A DNA stretch of 64,000 bases from IMG/VR virus record IMGVR_UViG_3300007735_000798, positions 40,737 to 104,736 of that record. One strand, written 5' to 3'. Shown one piece after another: positions 21,815 through 31,864 of the stretch. Each line of letters begins with the position of its first letter. Within the stretch, counting starts at the first letter, position 1. The position numbers and the translations under genes were made by a program. The DNA comes from a virus. The notes below the pieces were generated by a model. The model did not search any database, had not been told where the DNA came from, and saw only the letters and a program-made list of their open reading frames with translations.

Positions 21815-22675
21815 TTAATATACTCTTGGTTGTCTAATACTTTTTAGTTCAAAATCTGCTATTGCAGCTATTGTTTTTTTATTTATATATAAATTTTCTG
21901 ATTCGTCAAATTTTGTAATATCAACTTTATGAATATAAACTAATTGATTTTGATTTTGCATTTTACACATATTTATATAATTATAATTATTTCCATCTTT
22001 AAAATCTCCAAAATAGTTAAAAGGTAAATCTTCTGGATTAAATACAGGAAATACTTTTCTGGCAGAATCAGCAAGAATTGATGTTAAACTATCTAAAGAA
22101 AAACTATCTTTTGCTAAAATTATACATCTTATCCAATAATTTGATTCATCTAATCCGCCAAAAGCAAAAGGTTCATTTTCATTTGTTTTTAATTTTATGA
22201 ATACGCATGGATATGGTAATTCTAAATAACCAAGAGCGCCAGTAACTCTTGATGTTTGCGGAGTTAATGAATAAGATTTTTCAAACATCAAACGGTCTTC
22301 ACGTTCATCTGTATAATATAAATTAAATTCTTTAAAACTATATTGCGTAGTAAAATTTTGATTTGTTGGAATTTGATTTCCAGAAAAAATAATTCTTCCA
22401 TGATTATAATCAATCGCTAATCCATTCTGACCACGAGAAATAAACTGCGAACCAGAAACTATTCCACTTGGGATATAAGCATTTGGAATACTAGAATCAT
22501 AAATCCATTGTTTAAATGGAGATCCATAAACAGATGATGTCAATTGAAAATTAGGATCTTCTGTTTCATATAGTTTGCCACTATAAGTAATAAAAGCCTC
22601 TCCACGACTTAAAATTTCATGATCTAACCACAAATAAAAACTTGATGTAAGATTATTAATATAAGAAGCTTTCAT
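21815..22675 (-). CDS. Tail terminator/completion protein
   Basis: 286 aa; YPCVFI motif; directly before tail tube. Confidence 0.5.
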   Translation of the reverse strand: MKASYINNLTSSFYLWLDHEILSRGEAFITYSGKLYETEDPNFQLTSSVYGSPFKQWIYDSSIPNAYIPSGIVSGSQFISRGQNGLAIDYNHGRIIFSGNQIPTNQNFTTQYSFKEFNLYYTDEREDRLMFEKSYSLTPQTSRVTGALGYLELPYPCVFIKLKTNENEPFAFGGLDESNYWIRCIILAKDSFSLDSLTSILADSARKVFPVFNPEDLPFNYFGDFKDGNNYNYINMCKMQNQNQLVYIHKVDITKFDESENLYINKKTIAAIADFELKSIRQPRVY

Positions 22676-23253
22676 TTAATTTTTCCTCCTAATTTTTTTA
22701 TGAAATTATTATATAATGGAGTAAAATATGATATTCTAGTAAATACTTTTCCACGAAAATTTTTTCTTGACTGAATTGCTTTTCCAGAACGCGAATTTTC
22801 AAATTTACCATATAGATAAGCACCTAATCCAGATATTGATTTTTCTACTCCCCATAGCCAACTTCTATTTTCCCATGGCATTTTACTTGCATTACCGAAA
22901 TCTTCTTTTGAAGGAACATAAATATTTACTACAAAATTATTTTTATTAAATAATATTTTTTTATTAATCTTTATATTATTCAATAATGACAATATTGGAG
23001 CAATTGGGTTCGAACTATTAGAAAAACCAATGAATGAAAATAAATTTCCATAACCACCTAAAGTTCCAGATAAATTACTAGCATTTTCTCCACCCTCAAT
23101 TTCTTGAGTAACAGGATGTTCTTTAAATTTTGTAATTAGAATATTTTTTTCAGCTTCTACCGAAGCATTGGCAATTTGTAAAACTTTTTTTTGAACATTT
23201 GAATTTTCAAAAATTATTTTTTTTAAAGCTTGTTTATCTATTTTTCCAGCCAT
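22672..23253 (-). CDS. Neck/tail completion protein
   Basis: 193 aa, basic; neck-cluster position. Confidence 0.45.
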   Translation of the reverse strand: MAGKIDKQALKKIIFENSNVQKKVLQIANASVEAEKNILITKFKEHPVTQEIEGGENASNLSGTLGGYGNLFSFIGFSNSSNPIAPILSLLNNIKINKKILFNKNNFVVNIYVPSKEDFGNASKMPWENRSWLWGVEKSISGLGAYLYGKFENSRSGKAIQSRKNFRGKVFTRISYFTPLYNNFIKKLGGKIK

Positions 23254-23254
23254 A

Positions 23255-23686
23255 TTAATTACTTTCTTCTAGGTAGATAGTATAAAAGTTAGGATCAAAA
23301 AGCCCATGTGGTTCACTTGTTCCAAAAAATTGAACGTTACGACCATCAATTTCTACACTTTTCCAGTCATCAAACCAACCAATATCTTCTTTTTTAATTT
23401 TTAATCTTACAATGTTACCATGAACTTCTTCTTTAATATCTTTTTGACCTTTCAAATCGGATGGATCTAACCATTTAATTCTTGCGTCTATAACTCCACT
23501 AACTGGGGTATATTGTACTTCAATACCTTCTTGAGCATCTGTATATATGAAATTATAATTTAAATTTGTAGAAATTATTGTACGTTTAGGTGTTTTATAA
23601 ACTATAATTTTTCTAGAAAATGTATCATGAATATCATTAAATACATTATCATATAATAATTGATCAGCATCAGGAATAAGATTCAT
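23255..23686 (-). CDS. Head closure/stopper protein
   Basis: 143 aa, beta-rich (SVEIDGRNV); position. Confidence 0.45.
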   Translation of the reverse strand: MNLIPDADQLLYDNVFNDIHDTFSRKIIVYKTPKRTIISTNLNYNFIYTDAQEGIEVQYTPVSGVIDARIKWLDPSDLKGQKDIKEEVHGNIVRLKIKKEDIGWFDDWKSVEIDGRNVQFFGTSEPHGLFDPNFYTIYLEESN

Positions 23687-23687
23687 A

Positions 23688-24224
23688 TTAGTAAGTTACC
23701 CTATTATATTCTTGTATAATATAAAATGATTGACCAATTGTATCATCGCCAACGACTTGATCGGGAATTGCCCCATATTTAAGATACATTTTAACAGAAT
23801 CTTGTAATGATTTATAAGCATCATTATAAAATGCACGAAAAGTTTTTGCAATCTCGTGTGGATTTACTCTTGTAATTGAGCTATCAGCTTCTCTTAAATT
23901 TATCCAATCTGAACCTTTTGTGGCAGCACTTCTTGCGAAATTTTCAGCTAAAGATGCATAATATTCAACTTCAAATAATTGTTTATAAATAGCCATTTGA
24001 TCATTACGCATACTTGGCTCTACGCCATAGCCCGTAATATTTCCACAATCATTAGTATAGGCAATACTAGAAAAATTTGTACCAATTAAATTATTTAATT
24101 TACCTACATTTGCATTATCTAGAAACCAAGAAGCAACCCTATCTTGAGAATAATCCGAAGGGCTTCCTAAACCTTCATAAACCCCATTTATAAAATTAGA
24201 AAATGTATAATTTTGTGTACTCAC
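23688..24224 (-). CDS. Head-tail adaptor protein
   Basis: 178 aa; position after the capsid genes. Confidence 0.45.
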   Translation of the reverse strand: MSTQNYTFSNFINGVYEGLGSPSDYSQDRVASWFLDNANVGKLNNLIGTNFSSIAYTNDCGNITGYGVEPSMRNDQMAIYKQLFEVEYYASLAENFARSAATKGSDWINLREADSSITRVNPHEIAKTFRAFYNDAYKSLQDSVKMYLKYGAIPDQVVGDDTIGQSFYIIQEYNRVTY

Positions 24225-24244
24225 ATAATATTTTACACAAAAAA

Positions 24245-24622
24245 TTATGCACCCTCTCTTAATATCTTTTGAGCCTGTGAATCTAAATCTAAAACAGATT
24301 TAACACCACCTTCAACGATATTACTACCATATCTTGAATTCCATTTAATAAATTCTTGAACTAAACGATCTGTTAAAACTTTACGATCTGGTGTTGGTAC
24401 AAGACCAATTTTATAAGCATGAGTTTGTAAATCAGTCATATTCATTTCCGCCAATTGTCCACGATATTCATCAGAACTATTAGCTGTATAAATAGATAAA
24501 GTTTCTCCTAAAATTTCATCTAAAGAAGATGGTTTTTTTTGTACAGTTTCTTCTTTTCCGTGAATTTGTAGCATTTCTTTTTTACTCGGCCTACCTCTTT
24601 TTCTTTTAGTTTTAGTGTTCAT
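24245..24622 (-). CDS. Hypothetical protein with basic AT-hook-like N-terminus (KRKRGRPSK)
   Basis: 125 aa, after the capsid terminator. Confidence 0.55.
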   Translation of the reverse strand: MNTKTKRKRGRPSKKEMLQIHGKEETVQKKPSSLDEILGETLSIYTANSSDEYRGQLAEMNMTDLQTHAYKIGLVPTPDRKVLTDRLVQEFIKWNSRYGSNIVEGGVKSVLDLDSQAQKILREGA

Positions 24623-24668
24623 CTTAAATATTATTACATTTAATGTAAAAATAATCTAATTTTTTTAT

Positions 24669-24697
24669 AAAAAAAGGGCCACCCTTTCGGATGGCCC
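24669..24697 (-). terminator. Intrinsic terminator after major capsid gene
   Basis: GGGCCATCC-GAAA-GGGTGGCCC followed by a T tract on the minus strand. Confidence 0.85.
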
Positions 24698-24732
24698 AAT
24701 TTTAATTATTTGCTATTATTTAATTATAATAA

Positions 24733-25845
24733 TTAGGCATTATTGATAATTAAACCTACAGCAGCACGAGCGTCAACAGCTACACGTCCTTCTTCTAAGA
24801 AACTATAGAAACCAACTTTTTGGCTACGAGCCAAGAATTGATCATCAGGAAGTGTTTGTACTTGACCACGACTTTCGCTTTGGGTTGCGACTGGGCGCAA
24901 GAAAGCATTACGTGAAGCATCGATACCGATAACTAAATCATCAGCAGCAACATCATATGTAATACCGTCATAAGTAACACCACTACCGAATGTATTGAAC
25001 AATTGTGTATATTTTCTATTTACACCAAGTTCTAACATTTCGTTGATTGTTACGCCGAAGATTTCTTGAGTGCCAGCGGCACGATAGATTTCTTCACGAA
25101 CACTATCAGGAAGAGCAACGTTACCAGCACTTGTTGAACCACCACTTCTGGTATTCATTGGCTGATAAGCGAAACTACGAATTTGTGCTTTGACTTCTGG
25201 ACTTACAAATAAGTCTGTTAAGCCACGGCTTTGTAAAGCTTGTGGAGTGCCACCAGTATAAGCAGCATTTAATCTACGAACAAGTGTCCATAATCTATTT
25301 ACATCATCAAGTTGGAATACATTTCCAGTTGATGTTGATTTAAGAATATGTTTTGTTCCACCTGTTGAAGCGTCAGCTAAAAGCTTAAGAATAACAGCCC
25401 ATGCATTACGTTCTTGTTTTACAAGAAGTTCATTGGCCATACGTTCTAAACCAGCAGCAACAACGTCTAAACGTGCTCTACGAACATAACGTTTGTCCAT
25501 AGAAATAGCTGTGTCAAGACGATAGGTATTAACCTTCATTTCTTGCATGCCTTGAACAAAGTTTGTTGGAAGACCGCCACCGACTGTTTGTGACCAAACA
25601 CTAATGTGTCCTTCATTAAGACCATAGTATAAGTCAAGAGGAATCGAAGGAGAGTCATCTTGATCAAATTCTACGTCACGATAAATCATACTGGCAGTAC
25701 CAGCTTGTAAGAGAACTTGCTGAACAACACTACTGATGAATGCTGCAAAAGCTTCTTGAGCTTCCATAGCTACAGTTTTATTGTCCGAAGCAAGAGCCTT
25801 GATAAGCTCTACTTGCTCAGGGTTTTTGTCGAATTGAATTTTCAT
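24733..25845 (-). CDS. Major capsid protein
   Basis: 370 aa; after protease/scaffold and decoration genes; followed by a strong terminator. Confidence 0.75.
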   Translation of the reverse strand: MKIQFDKNPEQVELIKALASDNKTVAMEAQEAFAAFISSVVQQVLLQAGTASMIYRDVEFDQDDSPSIPLDLYYGLNEGHISVWSQTVGGGLPTNFVQGMQEMKVNTYRLDTAISMDKRYVRRARLDVVAAGLERMANELLVKQERNAWAVILKLLADASTGGTKHILKSTSTGNVFQLDDVNRLWTLVRRLNAAYTGGTPQALQSRGLTDLFVSPEVKAQIRSFAYQPMNTRSGGSTSAGNVALPDSVREEIYRAAGTQEIFGVTINEMLELGVNRKYTQLFNTFGSGVTYDGITYDVAADDLVIGIDASRNAFLRPVATQSESRGQVQTLPDDQFLARSQKVGFYSFLEEGRVAVDARAAVGLIINNA

Positions 25846-25871
25846 ATTTTTAATTTTTTCTTTCTAATTGA

Positions 25872-26411
25872 TTAGAGTTCTACCTTGAGTAAGGCATATC
25901 CCTCATCATTTTTAGGTCCAAGGAATTTACCAACAGTTGCGTTAGCATAAGCTATTACTTTGAGTGAACCATCACCAGCGTCAGCAACAGCTGCGCCGCT
26001 ACCGTAGTTTGGTGATCCGTTAATACCACTCACAAGAACCAAACCTTTTGTAAGAATCGGAGCGGCTTGACCGCTGATAATTACATCCATTTCGGCTGCT
26101 TTGCGAGGGTTGAAAATTAATCTTTCTCCATTTTCGTCAAACGTACGAACATCTTTAAGCAATAATCCAACGATTTGACCTTTAGTTGCACCGCTAGCAG
26201 CAGGAGCAACAGTCCAAGGAACATTGAATTGTGCAGAAAGAGTGTTCGCAGCAAACGAAAGGTTGTCTAAAGATGTTTGATCTTTGAGGTTAATACCATT
26301 TGACTGGGCAGTAACAACAGTGCCTTTATCGGCCGTTGCTCCACTTACTGCAAAAAGGTTAATAACATCATGTTCATCATAATCTCTGAATGGTTTTAAA
26401 TTTGATGGCAT
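25872..26411 (-). CDS. Capsid decoration/cement protein
   Basis: 179 aa, G/A/V-rich; between scaffold and capsid genes. Confidence 0.55.
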   Translation of the reverse strand: MPSNLKPFRDYDEHDVINLFAVSGATADKGTVVTAQSNGINLKDQTSLDNLSFAANTLSAQFNVPWTVAPAASGATKGQIVGLLLKDVRTFDENGERLIFNPRKAAEMDVIISGQAAPILTKGLVLVSGINGSPNYGSGAAVADAGDGSLKVIAYANATVGKFLGPKNDEGYALLKVEL

Positions 26412-26434
26412 ATATTTTTATTTCTTTCTATTTT

Positions 26435-28249
26435 TTATTTGATTTTTACGCTGTTTTTATTGAAAGCAGCATTGATTTTATCAACCAATGTTACTTCTTG
26501 AGGAGAGGAAGCGTTCGGAAGGACTTCTTCCTTTGCCTCTACACTCGAAATTACTTCTTCTACAGTCTTCTCTTCGCTAGCGACGATTTCAGCAGCTTTT
26601 TCTTCTTTCATTTCTTTTTTAGCTGGTTCGCCTTCTTTCATAGCTTCTTGTTTTACAACTTTAGCTGATTTCTTTTTAGCTGCGGCAAATGTAGAAAACT
26701 TTTTATACCATTTCTCAAATTGTTCATCATTTTCAATGGCGTTTAAATCTTCAGCGATGATACTACGATCTTCATCGGTAAGATCAAATTCTTCATCAAG
26801 TAAACTCATTCTACGTTGGAAATTGGCTTCAATTTCTTTTGCTTTAAGATCTTCTTGAATTTTTGTGAACTCTTCTTTTACTTTTTCGCTATCGGCCTTG
26901 ATTGCTTCGAGATCTGTTTTCAATGTTGAGATTTGATCTTCTGCTGCTTTAAGAGCGGTTTCTTTTTCTTCAACTTTTGATTTCCATTCTTGAGCGAGTT
27001 CTGCGATGCGGTTTGAAATAAATTCACGAACGGCACTAGCAGCAACTTCCTTGATGGAATCATCCGTAATATCATCAATATTTTTTAGTTGCATATTAAT
27101 TTTTACATTATTATTTTCTTGTTGGACACTTTTTTTATTCATTTTAATTTCAGAAGATTCAATATTATTATTTTCGTCTTCCATTTCATTATAATCTTCG
27201 CATCCACATTCTGGACATGTTTCGGCTTTAATTCCTTTATATCCACATTTGGCGCAAGCATATTTTGCGTCTTTCATTTCTTCTGCTTTAATATTTTCTT
27301 GTGGTTTATCATAAGAAATAACAACTCCACTAACTTCTGCGGCTGGAGTATTTGTAAATCCGATTCCTAATGGGAGAACACTACCTTGTAAATTTAAAAG
27401 AACAATTTCGCCATCTTCTGTAACTCCATTACCACCAAATACTTTAAGACGATCTTTTAATTCTACAATTTTATCTTCATCTTCAATAATAGTGGCTTCT
27501 GCTAAATTTTTACTACCTTTAGCAACATTAAATTCATTAAAGCCAAGTTCCCAACTTGCACTAACTGAAAGATATTGATCAGATGAAGGATCACTACTAC
27601 TAACGAGTTCAGCAGCAAATTCTGGATTGACAATTTTCCACACATATCCAGAAAGAACAACATTAAATGGATCTTTCATTGCCTTAACTTCTTCAAGAGT
27701 TAAAGGTTTACTACTACCAAATTCACTAAATCCATAACCAGTACAAACGCCCACAACAACTTTACGATTATGTTCAATATTAAATGGTTTATTAATAAAA
27801 TTTTCAACCATTGCAAGTGCAACGTCAGTACTAATTATATGACCATTTTTATTTCCACGATTAACAACGAAAGCATCAAATGCAACGCCCATTAAATCAC
27901 GATTAACATCAAGGTCTACATTTTTTGGAAGATATTGTTTTAATTGATCGATTGAGGCCACGGCCAAATATTTATCTTCATCAAAAGGAACCATTGCTTG
28001 AACAATAATCCCGTCAAATTTAATTGAATATTTAAAATCTTTCATTGTATCCATTTGTAAATTTACACTTTGTTCTTCTAATAGGGCAACATTTTTGAGT
28101 TTATTACCAATGATAATTTTATTATTTTCACATTTATTAATTTGCATAGCACATAAAGAAATTGGGCGAGTAAATGAAACTAATAAGTCCGACAAATCAA
28201 ATTCTGATTGCGTATCAATATTTTCTGGAAGATCTTCGTATGTAGGCAT
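26435..28249 (-). CDS. Prohead protease-scaffold fusion
   Basis: NKNG...FINKPFNIEH...SASWE protease-like motifs, a CxxC..CxxC knuckle, and a long acidic coiled-coil C-terminus. Confidence 0.7.
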   Translation of the reverse strand: MPTYEDLPENIDTQSEFDLSDLLVSFTRPISLCAMQINKCENNKIIIGNKLKNVALLEEQSVNLQMDTMKDFKYSIKFDGIIVQAMVPFDEDKYLAVASIDQLKQYLPKNVDLDVNRDLMGVAFDAFVVNRGNKNGHIISTDVALAMVENFINKPFNIEHNRKVVVGVCTGYGFSEFGSSKPLTLEEVKAMKDPFNVVLSGYVWKIVNPEFAAELVSSSDPSSDQYLSVSASWELGFNEFNVAKGSKNLAEATIIEDEDKIVELKDRLKVFGGNGVTEDGEIVLLNLQGSVLPLGIGFTNTPAAEVSGVVISYDKPQENIKAEEMKDAKYACAKCGYKGIKAETCPECGCEDYNEMEDENNNIESSEIKMNKKSVQQENNNVKINMQLKNIDDITDDSIKEVAASAVREFISNRIAELAQEWKSKVEEKETALKAAEDQISTLKTDLEAIKADSEKVKEEFTKIQEDLKAKEIEANFQRRMSLLDEEFDLTDEDRSIIAEDLNAIENDEQFEKWYKKFSTFAAAKKKSAKVVKQEAMKEGEPAKKEMKEEKAAEIVASEEKTVEEVISSVEAKEEVLPNASSPQEVTLVDKINAAFNKNSVKIK

Positions 28250-28331
28250 TTTTATTATTATAAATAATTACACACAATTTATATAATTTATTAATATTGA
28301 TTTTTTTAAAAAAATATATTATCATTTTACT

Positions 28332-29486
28332 ATGAAAGTGCTTGCATTAATTCCAGATTTTTTAGAAAAACCATCTGGCGGTCTTGGCGAGCAAATGCAA
28401 AATATTATTCGTGAACTAGAAAATAAAGTTGAATATTATATTTGTGGATATCCAGAAAAAAATAATTATAAAAATTATAAATCAGTTATAGCGCCAATGA
28501 ATACTTTTAATCATGCGGCATTAACAACAATCTATGGCCAATCAATTTATTTTTTAGAAGCATTAGAATTTAAACAAGATTTTGATATTATTCATGCATG
28601 TGATTGGTCAACATTTTATGCTGGAATTTTATGCTCTTGGCATTTTAAAAAACCTTTAGTGTGTACAGTTAATTTATCTCTACAACAATTAAATAAAAGT
28701 AACATATTTTACTGTCATGATGCAAATTCAGTTGATGGCATGTATATTAATCAATTACAAATATTTTTTGAACAAATGGGGTTATTTTATGCAAATAAAG
28801 TAATTCATGTTTCTGAATATTATGCAAATTTATATAAAGAGCATTTAAATAAATCAATAATTATCCATAATGGATTAAATTTAGATAACTGGAAAAAACA
28901 AAATAATAGTAATTATTTAAAAGGAAAAAATAAAACTAAATTTTGTTATATTGGAAGAGCATCCGCAATGAAGGGATTAGAAACAATATTAAATTCTAGT
29001 ATTCCAGATGATGTAGATTTTTATTTTGTAGTTTCTGAGAAAAATGCCGAAGAACCTATATTTTCAAATATCAAAAATAAATGCAACGATAAAAATATTT
29101 TTCATATCGAAGGATTATATGAACAAGATAAAATAGATTTTTTAAATGAAATGGATGCAATAGTAATGCCAAGTATCCATGAACCTTTTGGTATTGTAGC
29201 TTTAGAAGCATTAGCTTCTGAATCTATATTAATAACAACTGCATCTGGTGGTATCAAAGAAATTGTTCAAGATATAGATTATGTTCATATTAATAATTCG
29301 AATGATTTAGAAAAAGCTTTTGATTATGTTAAAAATCTATCGAACGAAGAAAAAGAAAAAATAATTAAAAAAGGTAAAAATCGTGCAAATAATTTTGATT
29401 GGAAAATTCAATCAAATAAGTTATATGAAGTTTATAAAGAAGTTATGACGATGAATTATAATTCAAATGTTGTAAAGTTTGAATAA
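28332..29486 (+). CDS. Glycosyltransferase family 4 (GT-B)
   Basis: GGLG N-terminal motif, DIIHACDW, IGR...KG, PSIHEPFGIVALEA (EX7E). Confidence 0.9.
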   Translation: MKVLALIPDFLEKPSGGLGEQMQNIIRELENKVEYYICGYPEKNNYKNYKSVIAPMNTFNHAALTTIYGQSIYFLEALEFKQDFDIIHACDWSTFYAGILCSWHFKKPLVCTVNLSLQQLNKSNIFYCHDANSVDGMYINQLQIFFEQMGLFYANKVIHVSEYYANLYKEHLNKSIIIHNGLNLDNWKKQNNSNYLKGKNKTKFCYIGRASAMKGLETILNSSIPDDVDFYFVVSEKNAEEPIFSNIKNKCNDKNIFHIEGLYEQDKIDFLNEMDAIVMPSIHEPFGIVALEALASESILITTASGGIKEIVQDIDYVHINNSNDLEKAFDYVKNLSNEEKEKIIKKGKNRANNFDWKIQSNKLYEVYKEVMTMNYNSNVVKFE

Positions 29487-29507
29487 TTTATATAGTTTCT
29501 ATTATTT

Positions 29508-30101
29508 CTAAAATTTAGAACCTTTAGATAAATTTTCTTTCGCTGTCAATGGTTGCAAATTAGAATAATGAAAACATATTTTTTGATCTTCATATTTTTG
29601 CAAATTAAAACTCGCACATGGGCGAATATGATCTATATGCCAATAACTTCCATAATTATCCCATGACATGTCGGCGTAGAATTTGGATTCGAGATGCTGT
29701 TTCAATTCTTCTATAGAGCAACCTAATAAATTTAAAGTATTTGTAGATTTTACTTTTCCATTTAAAACATTTCTAATTCTATGACGAATACGTTCGGAAA
29801 TAACCCAATTTATATTAAATTTTCCTTTTTTATGATACCATTTTTGTCTTGATCTTTTACAATAACCAGACTTCTTTCTTTGTTTATAAACTTTACCCCA
29901 ATTGTCTTTTCTCCATTTTGAGTTTTTATTTAAAACCTCTTGTTTATTTTCTAAATAATTTTTTTTGGCCCATTCGTTTGTTTTTTTATATCGGCATTTT
30001 TTACAAGACGTGGTGTATCCATCTTTAGTATATTTATCTTTTGGAAACTCTGAATAAGATTTTTGATTTTTACATTTACTGCAAGTTTTAAATATTACCA
30101 T
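29508..30101 (-). CDS. HNH (homing) endonuclease
   Basis: N-terminal CSKC...CKKC; C-terminal WHIDHIRP...CFHYSNLQPL...NLSK. Confidence 0.85.
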   Translation of the reverse strand: MVIFKTCSKCKNQKSYSEFPKDKYTKDGYTTSCKKCRYKKTNEWAKKNYLENKQEVLNKNSKWRKDNWGKVYKQRKKSGYCKRSRQKWYHKKGKFNINWVISERIRHRIRNVLNGKVKSTNTLNLLGCSIEELKQHLESKFYADMSWDNYGSYWHIDHIRPCASFNLQKYEDQKICFHYSNLQPLTAKENLSKGSKF

Positions 30102-30109
30102 GCATATTA

Positions 30110-30583
30110 TTACACACTAGTTGCTGAAAAGTGCATCCAGTCATAATTTTTGGTACGACCCAAGCTTGTCCAGCCCTCGCCCTCCACTATTTTCCAAAAA
30201 GCATCATATTCTTTTTTTGCAAAAGCAGCACGATCTCTACCCCATTTTAATAAATTTCTATCGGGATCTAAATCCACAGCAGCGCCCCAAGAATGAATTG
30301 ACCACGCACTTCCACCACGCATTTTACGAACATTGACACAACCACCAAAACTATTTAGTTTAAGTTTTTGCACATCTTTCAATCCATATGTTTTTAAAGT
30401 TTGTTCAAGAATTGTATGTAGAGAGTCTGCACATTTTTTATTGCAAGAAATTTTTTTGACTTTTACACCTTCATCCCAAGCTAAATACATTTCGTAAGGA
30501 AGCTGTATTTGAGTCATATTTTCTCCTACAGGGCCGTAAAAAGCCGTCATTGAAGTAAAGTCTTGTTTAGGCCATTTATTCAT
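30110..30583 (-). CDS. Endolysin, M15 family peptidase
   Basis: R...SIHSWGAAVD (SxHxxGxAxD) and DWMHF. Confidence 0.85.
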   Translation of the reverse strand: MNKWPKQDFTSMTAFYGPVGENMTQIQLPYEMYLAWDEGVKVKKISCNKKCADSLHTILEQTLKTYGLKDVQKLKLNSFGGCVNVRKMRGGSAWSIHSWGAAVDLDPDRNLLKWGRDRAAFAKKEYDAFWKIVEGEGWTSLGRTKNYDWMHFSATSV

Positions 30584-31046
30584 GTGGTTGGGCCTCCACC
30601 CAAATTAAAGGAGCATATGATTTATCATTTTTAAATTTTTCAGAATATATTTCTATTATTGTTTGTTGGACTTCCTCTTTTGCATATTGTATTTCACTTT
30701 TAGAAATAACACTTGTCTCACTATTATATTTAAAATCAATAGCAGCTTGTAATCCTAAATAAGCAGAAATAATAATTGCAAATATTTTAATTGTTTCTAC
30801 AAATATTGTAACAAAAGAACCAGTAATAGATGGAATTGGCGCGGTTAAAAATAAAATAAAAACACTCACTCCATAAAAAGCTATTAACATTATAATAGAA
30901 CTAAATACTACAAAAAACTTTTTACTTCTCAAAAAATTAATAGACTTCATTTCGTCTATATATTCTGGAGGAGTATTTGGTGGAGCTTTATCATGGCTCA
31001 ACATAGAAGCCAATGACTGTCCAATAAGTGCTAGTCTATTCCACAT
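30576..31046 (-). CDS. Putative holin
   Basis: Two hydrophobic helices after SKKFF; overlaps the endolysin start. Confidence 0.55.
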   Translation of the reverse strand: MWNRLALIGQSLASMLSHDKAPPNTPPEYIDEMKSINFLRSKKFFVVFSSIIMLIAFYGVSVFILFLTAPIPSITGSFVTIFVETIKIFAIIISAYLGLQAAIDFKYNSETSVISKSEIQYAKEEVQQTIIEIYSEKFKNDKSYAPLIWVEAQPHE

Positions 31047-31047
31047 A

Positions 31048-31563
31048 TTATAAAAATATCCAAACTAATGTTGCAAATAACCCCGCACCACCAAAAGGAA
31101 CTAATAAATTATATGGAGGTGGGGCAAAATTCATAAATTGTAATCCAACTAATACTCCAGCCGCGCCAGCAAGAATTGCCGCAATTAATTTTAAATTATG
31201 ATAACGTTTAATTGCTTTAACACATTTGTCTAACCATTTTTGAGCTTCGGCTTGTTGAACAGTTCCCCATTGTTTTAAAGTTTCAATTTGTTTATTTAGA
31301 ATATCAATTTCTTTAAAACTTTGATCTAAATCCAAACGTGCTTGTGTTAAACTTTTTTCTAGTTTAACATTCTCACTTTTTGTTTCTTCCAGTTCTTTTT
31401 TTAATTGTACGACAATATCTTTTGCATCACGAATTGGATTAGTAGATTTTTGTACAGCAACTAGCGTTGGAGATGGCGTTGGTTTTGGCTTTGGTTTCCA
31501 AAATTGTCCGAAACTTGTTCCAGTTAAAATTAATAATATAATTAATGATAATAATTTTTTCAT
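31048..31563 (-). CDS. Membrane coiled-coil protein (spanin-like)
   Basis: N-terminal hydrophobic signal, PKPKPTP linker, coiled coil, two C-terminal TM segments. Confidence 0.5.
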   Translation of the reverse strand: MKKLLSLIILLILTGTSFGQFWKPKPKPTPSPTLVAVQKSTNPIRDAKDIVVQLKKELEETKSENVKLEKSLTQARLDLDQSFKEIDILNKQIETLKQWGTVQQAEAQKWLDKCVKAIKRYHNLKLIAAILAGAAGVLVGLQFMNFAPPPYNLLVPFGGAGLFATLVWIFL

Positions 31564-31829
31564 TTAATTGGTTCCTTTATAATTTTATCAGAACTTTCGA
31601 TTTGTTCTAATAATTGATTTAAACGTTCTGTTAGGGTTAAAGCTTTATCTACTTTTTCTCCAATAATCGTATTTGAGTCTCCAGCATTTGCAAGAGCAGT
31701 TTTTGTTTTTTCTAATGACGCAATAATTTGTTCAGTTTTTGCCGTAGGTGGTGCTAAATTTTTATGTTTTGAATTTAAACAAACGCAACCTGTTAAAACT
31801 GGAATAACAAGAAACAATAAATATTTCAT
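31560..31829 (-). CDS. Lipoprotein (o-spanin-like)
   Basis: Lipobox VLTGC; overlaps the adjacent membrane gene. Confidence 0.5.
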   Translation of the reverse strand: MKYLLFLVIPVLTGCVCLNSKHKNLAPPTAKTEQIIASLEKTKTALANAGDSNTIIGEKVDKALTLTERLNQLLEQIESSDKIIKEPIK

Positions 31830-31864
31830 ATACTATATGTACACACGAAATAAATTATAGAAAT

